Below are positions 20,730 to 32,566 of a stretch of 64,000 nt of DNA, piece by piece; position 1 is the stretch's first letter; each line of letters starts with the position of its first letter. The stretch spans positions 32,945 through 96,944 of the forward strand of contig CAZKLD010000004.1 in NCBI GenBank assembly GCA_964553745.1. Direction: 5' to 3'. Made by a program: the position numbers and the translations under genes. The notes under the pieces are model-generated. The model was not told where the DNA came from and did not search any database. It was given only the letters and a program-made list of their open reading frames with translations. This stretch comes from an uncultured Candidatus Peribacteria bacterium (GTDB lineage Bacteria > Patescibacteriota > Gracilibacteria > BD1-5 > UBA2023).

Positions 20730-21982
20730 TGAAGACCGACAACGCTCATATACCATCATCTCTGAAATTCATGATGGAAGTTCCGGAATGAAAGAGGTAT
20801 ATTGAAGAGAATTTCAGGTTCTGATCTGACATCGGATTTATAAATTGAATATCTTGAGAGGATTTGGTCTGAAAGCTGGAAATGGAAAAAAGCCCGAGAT
20901 TGCTCGATCTGGTTTCTAAGAATTTTCTGATCAAGAAAATCCTGGAAAGCCCTGATCTCGACCACCTGCTCCTTGCGTTATCCCAGAAATTCAAAATAGT
21001 AAATCTGTTCATTAGTACCTGAAACAAATGCAAGCATGACTGTAAGGATTATTGTGTGCTAAAATGAAATCCCAATTGACAAAGCATTGATTTCAGCAAA
21101 TATGTCGCATTCCTTGATAAATATTCTTCACTCCTTGAAAATATAGGATCGCTCCACCTCGTATGACAGGAATTTCTGCTTATGGACAGATTTGAGGATT
21201 ATCTCGAAGAAGCCTTGAAAAGAGGAATCACCACTTTCTGAATCGTAACCCGCTGAGCCTGAAGCGAAGAAAACAATGACTCAGCCCTTGCAAAAATAGC
21301 CCAACTGAAAAAAATTCATCCGCAATTCAAAATGTATCTGACGACATCATTGGACAGATATTCGACACTGAATGCCAAAGACCACAATGCGATGATCAAA
21401 AACCTCTACAAGATAATAAAGATGCATCTGTATCTCTTCTGAGAGAAGTCTATCCGCATCCAATCCACCGGTTCGGTATCAAGGGATAATTGATTCCCTG
21501 AAATAAGGCATTCTGATATGGAAGATATAACAGATGACATGAATGCGATACTCTCTCTTCTGGAAAATGATTGAATAATGCATGCTGACACCGAAATCAA
21601 ACCAGGCATGACCGTCATTACAATGAATGACGGCAAGATTATAGAGCTGACTCTAAATAGGCGAAAGAATGTATATGATGAACCGAGGCTGAATGACGTT
21701 GCAATGAGCAGGGATGAATCATGAGGCACGAAATGCGAGATGATCGACAATCCTTTCCATATATACCTAGATAAGGATTTCAATCTCCTCACCTGCATGT
21801 GATTCCACGATATGTATTACAGGAAAAAATGAACCCTTACGAATGTGCTGTCAACTTCAAATGAAGATGTGCTGAGGGTGCTCATGGAAACTAGAAAAAG
21901 GGCTTTCAATTCCCTTTCCTATGTAGAGCTTGCCGAATACTTCCGAAATCCGAAAGATATCTATATCTGCGATAAGATTTAA
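20729..21982 (+). CDS. radical SAM-like paralogue (417 aa) with variant CX3CX3C motif
   Basis: The ATG overlaps the upstream stop (TAATG). The frame was checked codon by codon. The motif is VNLFISTGNKCKHDCKDYCV (21029-21055). It is colinear with the upstream gene: LKEKYPDFELDLTLSMDNYS vs LKKIHPQFKMYLTTSLDRYS, and C-terminal YDEIVDYVLNPENKHLC vs YVELAEYFRNPKDIYIC. Confidence 0.75.
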
Positions 21983-22068
21983 CTTGATTTCATATTCATA
22001 AAGGATATACTATCTTTTGCAAACCGATTAAGTTTGGAATGCATTTAATTATAATCCAAATATAAAAC

Positions 22069-22686
22069 ATGTGCGACAACTGCGAAAATAATTACCAGAA
22101 ATTAGTGTCCATAGACGCTGATGCCCCTAGATTCGATCTTCCTGCCTATGATCCCCTCAAGGATGAGGAGACTGGGGTTGTGCTAGAGGATCTTAAATGA
22201 AAATGGACAGTGCTTTTTTACTATCCGGCTGACTTCACCTTCGTATGCCCTACGGAACTGAAGGATATGATGGACTCTAAATCCGAGTTCGACGAACTAG
22301 GAGTCACTGTGCTTGCCGCTTCGACAGACACTCAATTCTCACATAGGGCTTGGGTTAAGAATGAGAAGCTCATGAGTGGATTTCCGTATCTGATGCTTGC
22401 CGACCATGCCCTATGAGTGGCTGAATCATATAATGTCCTCGACTACAAGACTTGAATAGCTGCAAGAGGAACTTTCATAATCGATCCGGATCTCGTATGC
22501 AGATGAATCGAGATAACTTCGTGACCTCTGTGAAGGAATAGCGATGAGTTGATCAGAAAGATAAAGGCGCTCCAATATATGAGGGCTCATCCAGGAACTG
22601 CTTGCCCTGCAAAATGGGTATTATGAGCAAAAACCCTTACTCCGTCGATGAAAATCTCAGGAGAAGTTGCGGACGCTCTCAATTAG
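22069..22686 (+). CDS. typical 2-Cys peroxiredoxin (AhpC/Prx1 type) with N-terminal CxxC extension
   Basis: WTVLFYYPADFTFVCPTEL (peroxidatic Cys), GTFIIDP, and the C-terminal GTACPAKW (resolving Cys). The N-terminus is MCDNCENNY. Confidence 0.9.
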
Positions 22687-22704
22687 AAGGAAAAATAATA
22701 TTTG

Positions 22705-22734
22705 GCCCGAATTCTTTATGAATTCGGGCTTTTA
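22705..22734 (+). terminator. rho-independent terminator
   Basis: GCCCGAATTC-TTTAT-GAATTCGGGC followed by TTTTAT. Confidence 0.75.
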
Positions 22735-22743
22735 TATTGCGCT

Positions 22744-22771
22744 TTGACTTTTCGGCCTTTTTCCATACAAT
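22744..22771 (+). promoter_or_regulatory. sigma70-like promoter (TTGACT-16 nt-TACAAT)
   Basis: TTGACT at 22744-22749 and TACAAT at 22766-22771, upstream of der. Confidence 0.45.
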
Positions 22772-22798
22772 TCACAAGCTAATAATTAAAATTGAAAT

Positions 22799-24193
22799 AT
22801 GTTAGGAAGAGTAATGATTGTCGGTAGGCCGAATGTGGGTAAATCAAGCTTATTTAATGCCATTTCAGGGCATAGGATAGCGATAGTTTCAGACATTGAA
22901 AATACAACAAGGGATATCATAGAATATCTGCAAAACGATGAAGATAACGAGATAAGCTATATAATCGCCGATTCCGGATGATTGACCAGCGGTTCGAGTG
23001 ACGAGATACTTAATGATGTCCGGAAAAGGGTTCAGGATTCAATCGAAAAATCCGATCTGATAATTTTTGTCACGGAATGCGATAAGATAACTGATCTGGA
23101 TGAGGCTATCACAAAGATCCTGAGAAAGTCATGAAAAGACGTGATAGTGGTCTGAAATAAGGCTGACAACCAGAATAAAGTTTCAGAATCATATGAGATG
23201 TACAGTCTCGGTTTTGAGGATGTCATTTTTGCGAGCGTGTCACACAGAAGATGAATCTCAGAATTGAGAGAGACGATTGCAGCAAAGCTCAAGAAAAGAT
23301 GATTTGACACCAAAGAGGAGAAATACGATGATTCATATATCAAATTGGCGATTGTCGGTAGGCCGAATGTCGGCAAGTCCAGCATCATCAATGCAGTTAC
23401 ATGAGAGAATAAAGTCATGGTCAGGGACATGCCGGGAACCACAAGAGACGCTGTCGACACGCTTTTTGACTATAATGACAAGAAATTCGTGCTAATAGAC
23501 ACCGCATGAATAAGAAGGGCATGAAAGATCTGAGTCGGAAATATAGAGGATTGGAGTGTGATGAGAAGTGAGATCTCCATTACAAGGGCAGATATTGTTG
23601 CTGTTGTCATGGACTGATTCGATGGAATCACTGCAGGAGACCAGCATATAGTTGAGAAAGCTCTAGAAGAGAAGAAATGAATAATTCTCGTTGTGAATAA
23701 ATGGGATAAAGTTTTGGCAAAGCCAGGCATCGACAAAGACAAAATGATGGACGAATACATGCATTACTTAAAGCAGAAATTTGAATTCTTGGCTTACGCT
23801 TCGCCTATATTCACTTCTGCAGTCACAGGTAAGAGGCTTGAGGAGATATTGGAATCTGCAATTAAAATCAAAGAAGAAAGACAAAAAAGAGTCAAGACGT
23901 CCGTATTCAATTCCTTCATCGAGCAGATCGTCTATAAGCATCCGCCTACTTGAAACAAGAAATCCCACAAACCGAAGATATACTACGGTTCTCAAGTAGA
24001 CATCAATCCTCCTAGATTCTTGATTTCTGTCAATTCTCCGAGTCATTTCCACTTTTCGTATACCAGATATATCGAAAACAAGATAAGGGAATTCTTCGGA
24101 TTCTGGTGAACGCCGATTGAGATCGAGCTCAAATGAAGGGAAAGCATCTACAAGAAATCTGCAAAGAAAAATATCGTTTCAAAAATAACCTAA
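22799..24193 (+). CDS. der: ribosome-associated GTPase Der/EngA (two GTPase domains plus KH-like domain)
   Basis: [14 protein letters not shown] ... DSGG ... NKAD, then a second domain [14 protein letters not shown] ... DTAG ... NKWD, then the C-terminal [16 protein letters not shown]. Confidence 0.95.
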
Positions 24194-24256
24194 TCCTCTT
24201 TACATTTTTGAAAATTTTATAGAATCTGTTATCGAATAAGTCTTAATAAATACATT

Positions 24257-25018
24257 ATGCTAAACATTGCAATCAATACATTCCGTGAATTGGCCAGAAA
24301 CAAAATACTCTATCTTATCCTGTTCTTCTGAGTCCTGCTTATAATATTCTCGCTTGCACTTGCGTCTCTTTCCATGTGACAGACAGATAAGATCATAATC
24401 GATTTCTGATTGGCGATGATCGAGATGTTCTGATTGGTTTCTGTAATATTCATCGGAAGTCAGCTCATATTCAAGGAGATAGAATGAAAGACCATATATC
24501 TGATACTTTCAAAGCCTATTTCAAGATATCAATTCATCCTAGGCAAGTTCATTTGATTTGCCATGATCCTAGCTTGTATAATATTCTTCCAGTCAGTAAT
24601 ATTCTGAGCGCTCCTCGTATACTCGAAGACGGCTTTTGTTTACCTCATACCAGTATCTATCGTATTCATCTACCTTAAGCTTCTTGTACTTTTTGCAATC
24701 ATACTTTTCTTCTCGACATTCATCTCGTCCATATTGTCCATTGTCTTGACCATGCTTGTCTATGTGATTTCGCATTCTCTCACTTCAATAATAGATATGG
24801 CTGTTCATGCCAAGAGCATGGCACTGCTCAATATCGGCAAGGTCCTGTATATAGTCTTCCCTAATTTCGAATGACTGAATATTAAAAATTTGATATTATC
24901 TCCTGTCATCATAGACTTTAAATATATTTCCCTAAACTCTCTCTACGCAGTTACCTATCTCGTTCTGATTCTCGGGTTCACTATAATCATATTTAACAGG
25001 AAGACATTTGAAAACTAG
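24257..25018 (+). CDS. ABC-2/NosY-like transporter permease (six predicted TM helices)
   Basis: MLNIAINTFRELARNKILYLILFFGVLLI... KEIEGKTIYLILSKPISRYQFILGKF is the typical N-terminus of ABC-2 family permeases. Confidence 0.6.
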
Positions 25019-25670
25019 CATAGACTCTGTCGAGTTCTTCTATCGGAAATTTTACTATAACAGGCATACTCTGACTCCCAGATTAGAGACAGAGAGTCTT
25101 GTAAGGTCCGCCTTGAATATCATCCAAAATGAACAAATAGACGCCGTTATGGATGTCTGAACCTGAAGCGCGATAATTTGAATATCCATAGAGAAGGAAT
25201 CAGGGATCGACCATGTCTATTGACTAGAAAAAAGTGCCTCCGCATCAAAAGTGGCAAGATCGAATATCGCTCTGCACGATTCGAAAATGAAGCTCATTAA
25301 ATCTGATTTACTGAGTCATTTTTTTAAGGAAAAGGAACTTTATGATTTCAAGGGGAAGAATGTGCTTTTTGTTGCAAATCTCCCCTATATAAAAAATGAA
25401 GATTGGATAAATATGAGCGAAGACACCGTTTCTGAGCCCAAGATGGCGCTTTTCTGATGACCGATATCCGGCTTTGAGCTATATGAAAAATTCTTCAGAC
25501 AGCTCTTCAGGTTTAAAGATTGCTTCTGAATTCAGAAGATATTTTCTATTTCGGAGATATGATTCGATCAGAAGGATGTGGCACAGGACTACTTCAAGAA
25601 GATATGATTGGAAGTAGCATTCCTCAAGGATTTGAGGTGAATCGATAGATTTATAAACATAGAGATTTAA
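25008..25670 (+). CDS. prmC: HemK/PrmC-family release-factor glutamine N5-methyltransferase, short form lacking the N-terminal helical domain
   Basis: LTPRLETESLV, SAM motif VMDVGTGSAIIG (both glycines of GxG are TGA at 25158-25160 and 25164-25166), and catalytic FVANLPYI (NPPY variant). The probable TTG start at 25008 overlaps the upstream gene by 11 nt, so the start is uncertain. Confidence 0.8.
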
Positions 25671-25671
25671 A

Positions 25672-25953
25672 ATGGCATTCAAATTGGACATTTCCTGACA
25701 TACGAGCACACTCATGATTACCTCAGTCATCTATAAGAAGCTCAGTGACCTTTTGGCTTCAAAAGGCAAAAAAGAGCTTTTTTCATTCATCAAATCGGTA
25801 AAAATAAGAGGAGCTGCAATGTCGATAAAGACTGAAAAACCCATTGTGAACTCGGAACTCCAGCTCTACAAGTCGGAAATCGAAGATATCCTCATCAGTG
25901 TCTCTGCAACTTTCTGAATAAGGCTTCAAGAAGCTAAAATCACCTTCAAATAA
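25672..25953 (+). CDS. hypothetical protein, 93 aa (possibly DUF721-like)
   Basis: ATG lies 2 nt after the prmC stop. MAFKLDISGHTSTLMITSVIYKKLSDLL...KIRGAAMSIKTEKPIVNSELQLYKSEIEDIL. The resemblance to DUF721 is weak. Confidence 0.5.
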
Positions 25954-25964
25954 CTTTCTTCGCC

Positions 25965-27008
25965 ATGAAAAAGCTATCGGTCTTATTGATTGCCCTACTG
26001 CTGCTACTGAACTCCTGCAGCAATGAATATATCGAGTATCACAGTGCCCAGCTATATGGTCATAACTCTGAAAAGACGGTATCGAAGAATGATTTCTTTT
26101 TCAATGTTGAAAATGTTCAATACAGGGAATTTGAAATGAGCATGACTCCAGACAAGAAGCTCCTGGATGTACTTATATCGAAAATAGACAATGCAAAAAA
26201 ACGAATCTATCTTGAGGTCTATATCTTAACTGAAAAAAGGATTATAAAAGCTCTTAAGGATGCTAAATCAAGGTGACTGGACGTTAAGGTCATCCTTGAA
26301 AAGAATGTTTACTGAGCATGAAACATCAATAGAAAATCGTCAGATACGCTAACTTCCTCTTGAGTATCTGTAACTTTTGCAAATAATTGAAATTACAGGT
26401 TCACTCACACTAAGCTATTCCTGATCGATGATGAATATGTGATTTCGACATGAAATATGTCATTCTCGACATTCTCGACCAATATGGAAATAATGCTTTT
26501 CGGAAAAGATAAGAAAGACTTATCGATATTGGAAGAGGTTATAGATAAGGATATAGATTGAGAAAAATTCGTAAAGTGCGACGATTCGCTTGGCATATCT
26601 CCTTCCTGCCCAAGGTCTCAATTCATGAATTCTCTAACTTCAGCAAAAAAATCGATATATATCTATGCTGAGACTTTCGATGATCCGGCTATCGAGGCCC
26701 TCCTGATACAGAAGGATAAGGAGTGAGTTGATGTCAGGGTGCTCTTGGGCGATGTCAAAAAAATCAAATCCAACTCAGCTCCGCTTACCCGCCTGAAGAG
26801 CTCTTGAATAAATATAATCGCACCGAAAAAACCATACATTCATGCAAAAGTTTTCATAATAGACTGAAAGTTCGCATATGTCTGAAGCATCAATTTCTCG
26901 ACGAATTCAATTGAAAATAACAGAGAGATATGAATAATCTTCAAAAATGACTCCATTATAGGCAAATTGCAAAATGAATTCCTAACAAATTTTTCAAATA
27001 AGCAATAG
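25965..27008 (+). CDS. phospholipase D/cardiolipin-synthase-like lipoprotein with two HKD motifs
   Basis: Lipobox LLLLLNSC. HKD motifs HTKLFLIDDEYVISTGNMS and HAKVFIIDGKFAYVGSINFS. Confidence 0.88.
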
Positions 27009-27071
27009 CATTAGTATTGAGATTTAATTTTTTCATAGTATAATAAATCAATAGCCATAATATCGATACTC

Positions 27072-29804
27072 GTGAAAAAAGCATTGTTCATTTTTTTTGT
27101 AATTGTCTTGTCTTGAATTACAATAGCAGGAACTGTCAAGACATACAAGGATAATGAAACTGAATCGCATAAAGAAGAAATGAAAGAGTTCCTGTCTTCG
27201 GAGTTGGGCATTTTTTACTATGACCCAAAGAAAAAAGATTTCTCTTCAAAAACAAGAAATTCAATATTCTCGCATTACAGGTTCAGTCCCATAGATTGAG
27301 TCTATTTCACGTCCGCATGATCAAAGAAGCCAATTAGCCTTAAGAAAAACGGAAACACGACAATAATTACCATTTCGGAAGGAGAGTATGTGTTTGAGCT
27401 TAATGACATTTTTGAGAAATATGAGGTTCATGCTGAGGATTTCAACATATCACAATTGGGTAAGTGAATGTTCTATGTAAACAATGTAAAATGAAATTAC
27501 AGGATATATTCCTTCAATTCCCTATTGAGATTGGACCTGCTCTCAAAGCCCAAGACTAAAGTGACTTTCGACCTCTTTCCGTCATTGCTTTTCAAGTACA
27601 ACCCAGAATACAATAAGAATCTGATATCTCTAGAGTTTGATCCGCAAACCAAGAAGAATGTTGAAAAATCTGCAGATGTCCTGAGGATTTCCCAGATTGA
27701 TCCGATAATCTATGTTGACTCGAAAGGTAAGAAATTCTACTCTCAAGTAATGGATAATCCAGCTGAAGATAATCTTATCAAAATCGCAATATCTGACATT
27801 AACTTAAAATTCCAGAAATACTGACAGCTTCTCGATATGCTAGTCAATATGGATATCAAGGATATTCCCTGAGCCGCTCTTTCCAAAGATTATTCCTCTT
27901 TCTTCCAGAACCAGACAAAAAAAGCAATTTACCTCAAGAACAGCATCGCAAAAAACTTTGTAAGCTTCCTCAAGAACAGCTGAGATAAAAACAAGGTTAC
28001 TGAGATCGAAAGCAACATAACAGCCATCGAGGATTCTCTTTCTCAGATGCAGGAAGTCTCAGACGTGCTGTACAATGAGTGAACCGATATCATCAAGAAC
28101 TATTATTATATATCTTATTTCGGTAATATCCTCGGAAATATAGACAGCATTGATTTCAGGCAAGGATGAGTCGGCGCATGAATGAAGAGGATATTCAAAG
28201 ATAAGATTGCCGGAGAGGATTATTTCTGAGAACTTTCAGATCTATTTTTCACATATCAATTTTCTGAAGCGAATAAGGATGTCATTGATTCATGAATAGA
28301 TGTATACTTGGGAGGACTTATGGAGAACAAGGTGCTTAAGGGTTCAGACTTCCTCAACTTCTCATTCTTCCTTACCCAATATTCCCTTTCGGAAGACAGG
28401 ATTTCAAAAAGCTCACTGAATATAGTCAAATACCTTATCGATATGTCCAACAGTTTCTATCTGACCATAAGGGATTCCGATAAGGTCAAGGAGGGAGAGA
28501 AAAAATTCTCAACTCTTTCCGTCCAATTCTATAGCCTCACAAAGATCATAAAAAAACTGAATAATTCCATAATTTCCAATTTTTTCGAAAAGAAGCCGGA
28601 TAATTCTGTCCAGCTGAAAGCTGAGTATTCCCAGGAATTCTGAGACACTGTCCAGGCCACCATCTCAAAAGACATCACTCAATGACTCTCTTCTCTATAT
28701 TCCCAATGAATAAAGGATATGCAGAATAAGAAACCCGAGTTCATGAAATATCTGACTCAGCAGAAGGTCAGCAGCTCATCAACAAAGAACAATTACACAC
28801 TTCTTGAGGAACAGTACGCAAAGCTCCATTATATAAGCGAAGAAGTTCTGGCAAACTATAATTCTTGGTCAAAGAAGCAAAATCTGAAGAAAGAATTCCG
28901 GGATGCCAAGGAAGTGATATATGAGGAGTCGGTGGTCATGAATAAAGCGGAACTGCTGGCGTATCTTTCTAATTTCAATTGAACCGACGTCTCCAGCCTA
29001 AAACTGCTGAATGAGAATTCGCTCATGAAGGATTGATTCTATAACGCGAGCATAAATGTAAATAATTCCGTAGTCGAATTCAAGCTTTATCCAGAAGGCC
29101 ATAAGCTTAGCAATATATCGATAACCGATCCTAATACCTGAAATAAGAAAAGCTATCAGACATCAATCGTACTCGATGATAAGGAAGAGCTTTATAGGGA
29201 TCTCTACTCTGCCGCATCGACAGAATCAAATAAAAGAAAATATGATTTCAAGAATTTTCTGGAAAATATATTGAATCTTTGATATGAAAGCTCAGATGTG
29301 ACATGAGAAAATGACGATACCGAAATCAAGCCTGTCGAATCGAACTATATTAGCCTATTCAAGCAGAATAAGCTTATCGACTGAGACTTCACATTCATAA
29401 AAAAATTCATTTCCATACCTTTCTCCTCTATCAACGTAACTATTGTCAATGAGGAATATGTGATTACGATAAAAGGTGCAGAAAAGACATTTACCACTGA
29501 TTGAAGATCGTTCTCAATCAAACTGGATTGCTCTTATAACTTCGTATCAAAGAAATTCGAGGATATACGTTTTTATGTAATGAGAGAGAGCGGAACATGA
29601 GCTGACCCCTATGAATTATGAGGCAACGAAGTGACAGTCAGCCCATCAGTCATCTGACTAAAGGAATTTTCAACAAAACTCAATCTGGCCGAATATCTGG
29701 AAGTGCTCGTCCAGAATTACATCCAATGAGCAACTAATATGAAAGTCGACTTGAATTCTTCAAAAGTTTATATAGACTCTAAAAGCTTTCCAGTAAATGA
29801 GTAG
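27072..29804 (+). CDS. large membrane-anchored/secreted hypothetical protein, 910 aa
   Basis: GTG 27072 is the first start after an in-frame TAG. The N-terminal anchor is KKALFIFFVIVLSGITIAG. Track ORFs 27525, 28308 and 28719 are all in this frame, joined by TGA codons. Ends at TAG 29802-29804. No recognisable domain. Confidence 0.75.
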
Positions 29805-29836
29805 CATTTTTATCGTATTTAAATCTAATTCCTAAA

Positions 29837-29965
29837 ATGAAATCCAAAAAAATAATCACATGGATTGCTGTAATAGCAATAATCCTATCCTTTTTAGCCC
29901 CTCTTCTGACATTCTTCTTCGAATCGCCAGCAGATAATCAAACAACATCTCAATCATCAAATTAA
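29837..29965 (+). CDS. small membrane protein, 42 aa
   Basis: MKSKKIITWIAVIAIILSFLAPLLTFFFESPADNQTTSQSSN. It ends 2 nt before the next gene. Confidence 0.5.
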   Translation: MKSKKIITWIAVIAIILSFLAPLLTFFFESPADNQTTSQSSN

Positions 29966-29967
29966 TT

Positions 29968-31218
29968 ATGTCTTTTGAAAAACTATACAAAGTATTATTG
30001 GTAATACTCCCGTTTCATGTTATCCTAAGCGTTTTTTTCGAATATAAGGTCTGATTGAACGGATTTTGAATCTATAAGGAAATCCTAGTCATGCTTTTGG
30101 CGGGAATGCTCTTATTTGAATTCAAAAAGCTTAAAAAAATCCCAAAACTCGATATTTTGGATTATTTGATACTCGGCTATTTCTGATACATGATTCTCAT
30201 CACTTTGGTGAATTTTTCTTGAATAAAGTCGTTTATATACGGAGGGAGATATGATTTTGAATTTCTCCTCATTTTCCTTATAACCAAACATTGAGGATTT
30301 CTCCTTAAGGATAAGCTGTCTTCATATCTGAAGATTTTCCTTATAAGCTGATGAGCCGCAATCATCACTTGAATGCTGGTCAGATTCGTATTCTGAGAAT
30401 CCATATTGGTCAACTTCGGGTTTTCTCCTAAGATCAGCTCATGGAGCTTTGATCAATGAGTTCCCATCTATCATTGAATAGAATGAGCGAATGTGAGAAG
30501 ATTCCAATGAATCTTCGATTGACCTAATCAAGCCGCCTTTTTCCTTACTATCTATTCAGGATTGCTATTTCATTACCTGAAAAACAAGAAAGACATGCAA
30601 TTTTACCTTTATTCTGCGCTTCTGGTGATATTCGGACTGGTATTCCTGACGTATTCGAGAAGCTCTCTTCTTTGAATAATCGCATGACTATGATTGGTGC
30701 TCATGCTTAACATGAAGACAATATTCAAGAAATATAAGACACAATCTGTCACTGCGCTTGTCCTGATGATTATGCTCGGAGGGATATTCTATATGAGATA
30801 TTGATGAGTGATGCACAATATCGTATTGAGAGCAGGATCTTCAAAATGACATTCTGAAAGGATGATCATATGATTCAAGCAATTCATTGCACATCCGCTA
30901 GGACAAGGATTGGCATCAAGCTGACCATGATACAGGCTGGCACATGACACTGCAGGGGCCGATGAGAAGAATTTTATCCCTGAAAGCTGGTATATTCAAC
31001 AATTAGTCGAATGATGAATAATAGGATTTGCGCTATTCGCCCTCATAATGGCACTCATCGCCTATCAGATATATTTCCTGAGTCTGCCATTCTTCTTCTC
31101 GTTCATTGCAATCTTATTCATGAATCTGCTTTTGCATACTTTTGAGGCTTCTTATATTTCGCTTCAGCTATTCATGCTCCTATGATTGTTCTTGCGTAAG
31201 AAAGATAACATAAAATAA
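29968..31218 (+). CDS. O-antigen ligase/polymerase-like (Wzy_C family) membrane protein
   Basis: Frame checked line by line. Polytopic, with FLTYSRSSLLGIIAG, GHSERMII and PESWYIQQLVEGGIIGFALF, which are motifs characteristic of the O-antigen ligase domain. Confidence 0.8.
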
Positions 31219-31241
31219 AAATATCAATTAATGAAAGATCT

Positions 31242-32366
31242 ATGAAAGTAGCCGTAATACATGAGATGCTCATCAAATTATGAGGTGCAGAGAATGTGAC
31301 CCTTGATATTCTTGAGATGTTTCCTGACGCAGATCTATATACGCTTATTTATGACGAGAAGAAAGTCTGAAGCAAGTTTCCGCCATCCAGGATAAAACAT
31401 GTCCCGAAAATCACACAAAGAGTATATAACCTCATCAAGAACCAGCGATTTACGCTTCCTTTCATGGCCAGAGCCATAGAGAGCATCGATTTCAGCTCTT
31501 ACGATCTTGTGATAGCATCTTCTAGCGCTTTTGCACATTGATGCATCACAAAGCCTGAAACATGCTTTGTTGCCTACTATCACTCTCCTTCTCGCTACAT
31601 CTGGGATTATACATTTGAGCATCGCAGAGACATGAATTACAGAAGTTTGTTTAAGAAGCCATTGCTCCTTTTCCTGTCCATCGTATTCCAAAAGCTCAGA
31701 ATCTGGGATTATCTAGCATGACAGAGGCATGATGTAGCAATAGCCGCATCCAAGCAGGTCCAGCAGAGAATAGCAAAATATTACAGGAGAGAATCGGAGC
31801 TTGTATATCCAGGAGTATATGTGAATGATTTTGAAATCGGCGAAAATCCGCTTAAGGAGCGCGATCATTATGTCATACTTTCGGCATTGACAGAATTCAA
31901 AAAAGTCGACGTAAGTGTTAAGGCGTTCACAAAGATGTGACATAAGCTCAAAATAGTCGGAGAATGAGCGCAGAGATCGTATCTGGAGTCAATAGCTTGA
32001 CCTAACATCGAATTCGTTTGATACAAGGACCACGAGAAGTTGAAAGAAATCTACAAGGAAGCCAGAGGATTCATCATGAGCTGAAGAGATGATTATGGAA
32101 TCGCACCTATCGAGGCCATGGCAGCATGAATGCCTGTCTTCGCACTAAATCAAGGCTGACTCGTTGAGACAAACGTAGCGTGACTAAGCTGAGAATTCTT
32201 CGACGATCCTGAAGGCAAAGATTTCATACCTAAATTCGAGAGATTCCATGCCGATATCGAAGAAGGTAAATTTGACAGGATTAAAATCAGGAACCATGCA
32301 CTGAAATTCAGGAAAGAGAGATTTATTGCAGAATTCAGGCAAACATTGGACAAATATCTCAATTAA
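31242..32366 (+). CDS. GT4-family glycosyltransferase
   Basis: MKVAVIHEMLIKLGGAENV..., ...GFIMSGRDDYGIAPIEAMAAGMPVFALNQGGLVETNV.G.SGEFF. Confidence 0.85.
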
Positions 32367-32486
32367 CAGTTTCAGTCAGCGGCTGAGGCAGCGAGATAAG
32401 CATCTTATCATATCTTGACGGAAACGGTCTTGAGGATTGAACAATTGAAGACATAAATGCTTGCAAGTCCGATAATCCTTTGATTG

Positions 32487-32514
32487 ATAGGTTTCCCCGA
32501 AACCTATTTTTTTG
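32487..32514 (+). terminator. rho-independent terminator
   Basis: ATAGGTTTC-CCC-GAAACCTAT followed by TTTTTTT, about 120 nt after the GT4 stop. Confidence 0.7.
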
Positions 32515-32566
32515 ACTAAATAAGATTAAGAGATAGAATGAAAATGTATTTCAAATAACCATAATA

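Noticed and set aside
23032-23760. Minus-strand ORFs 23032..23460 and 23470..23760
   Set aside because: They are antisense to der, which shows both complete GTPase domains on the plus strand.
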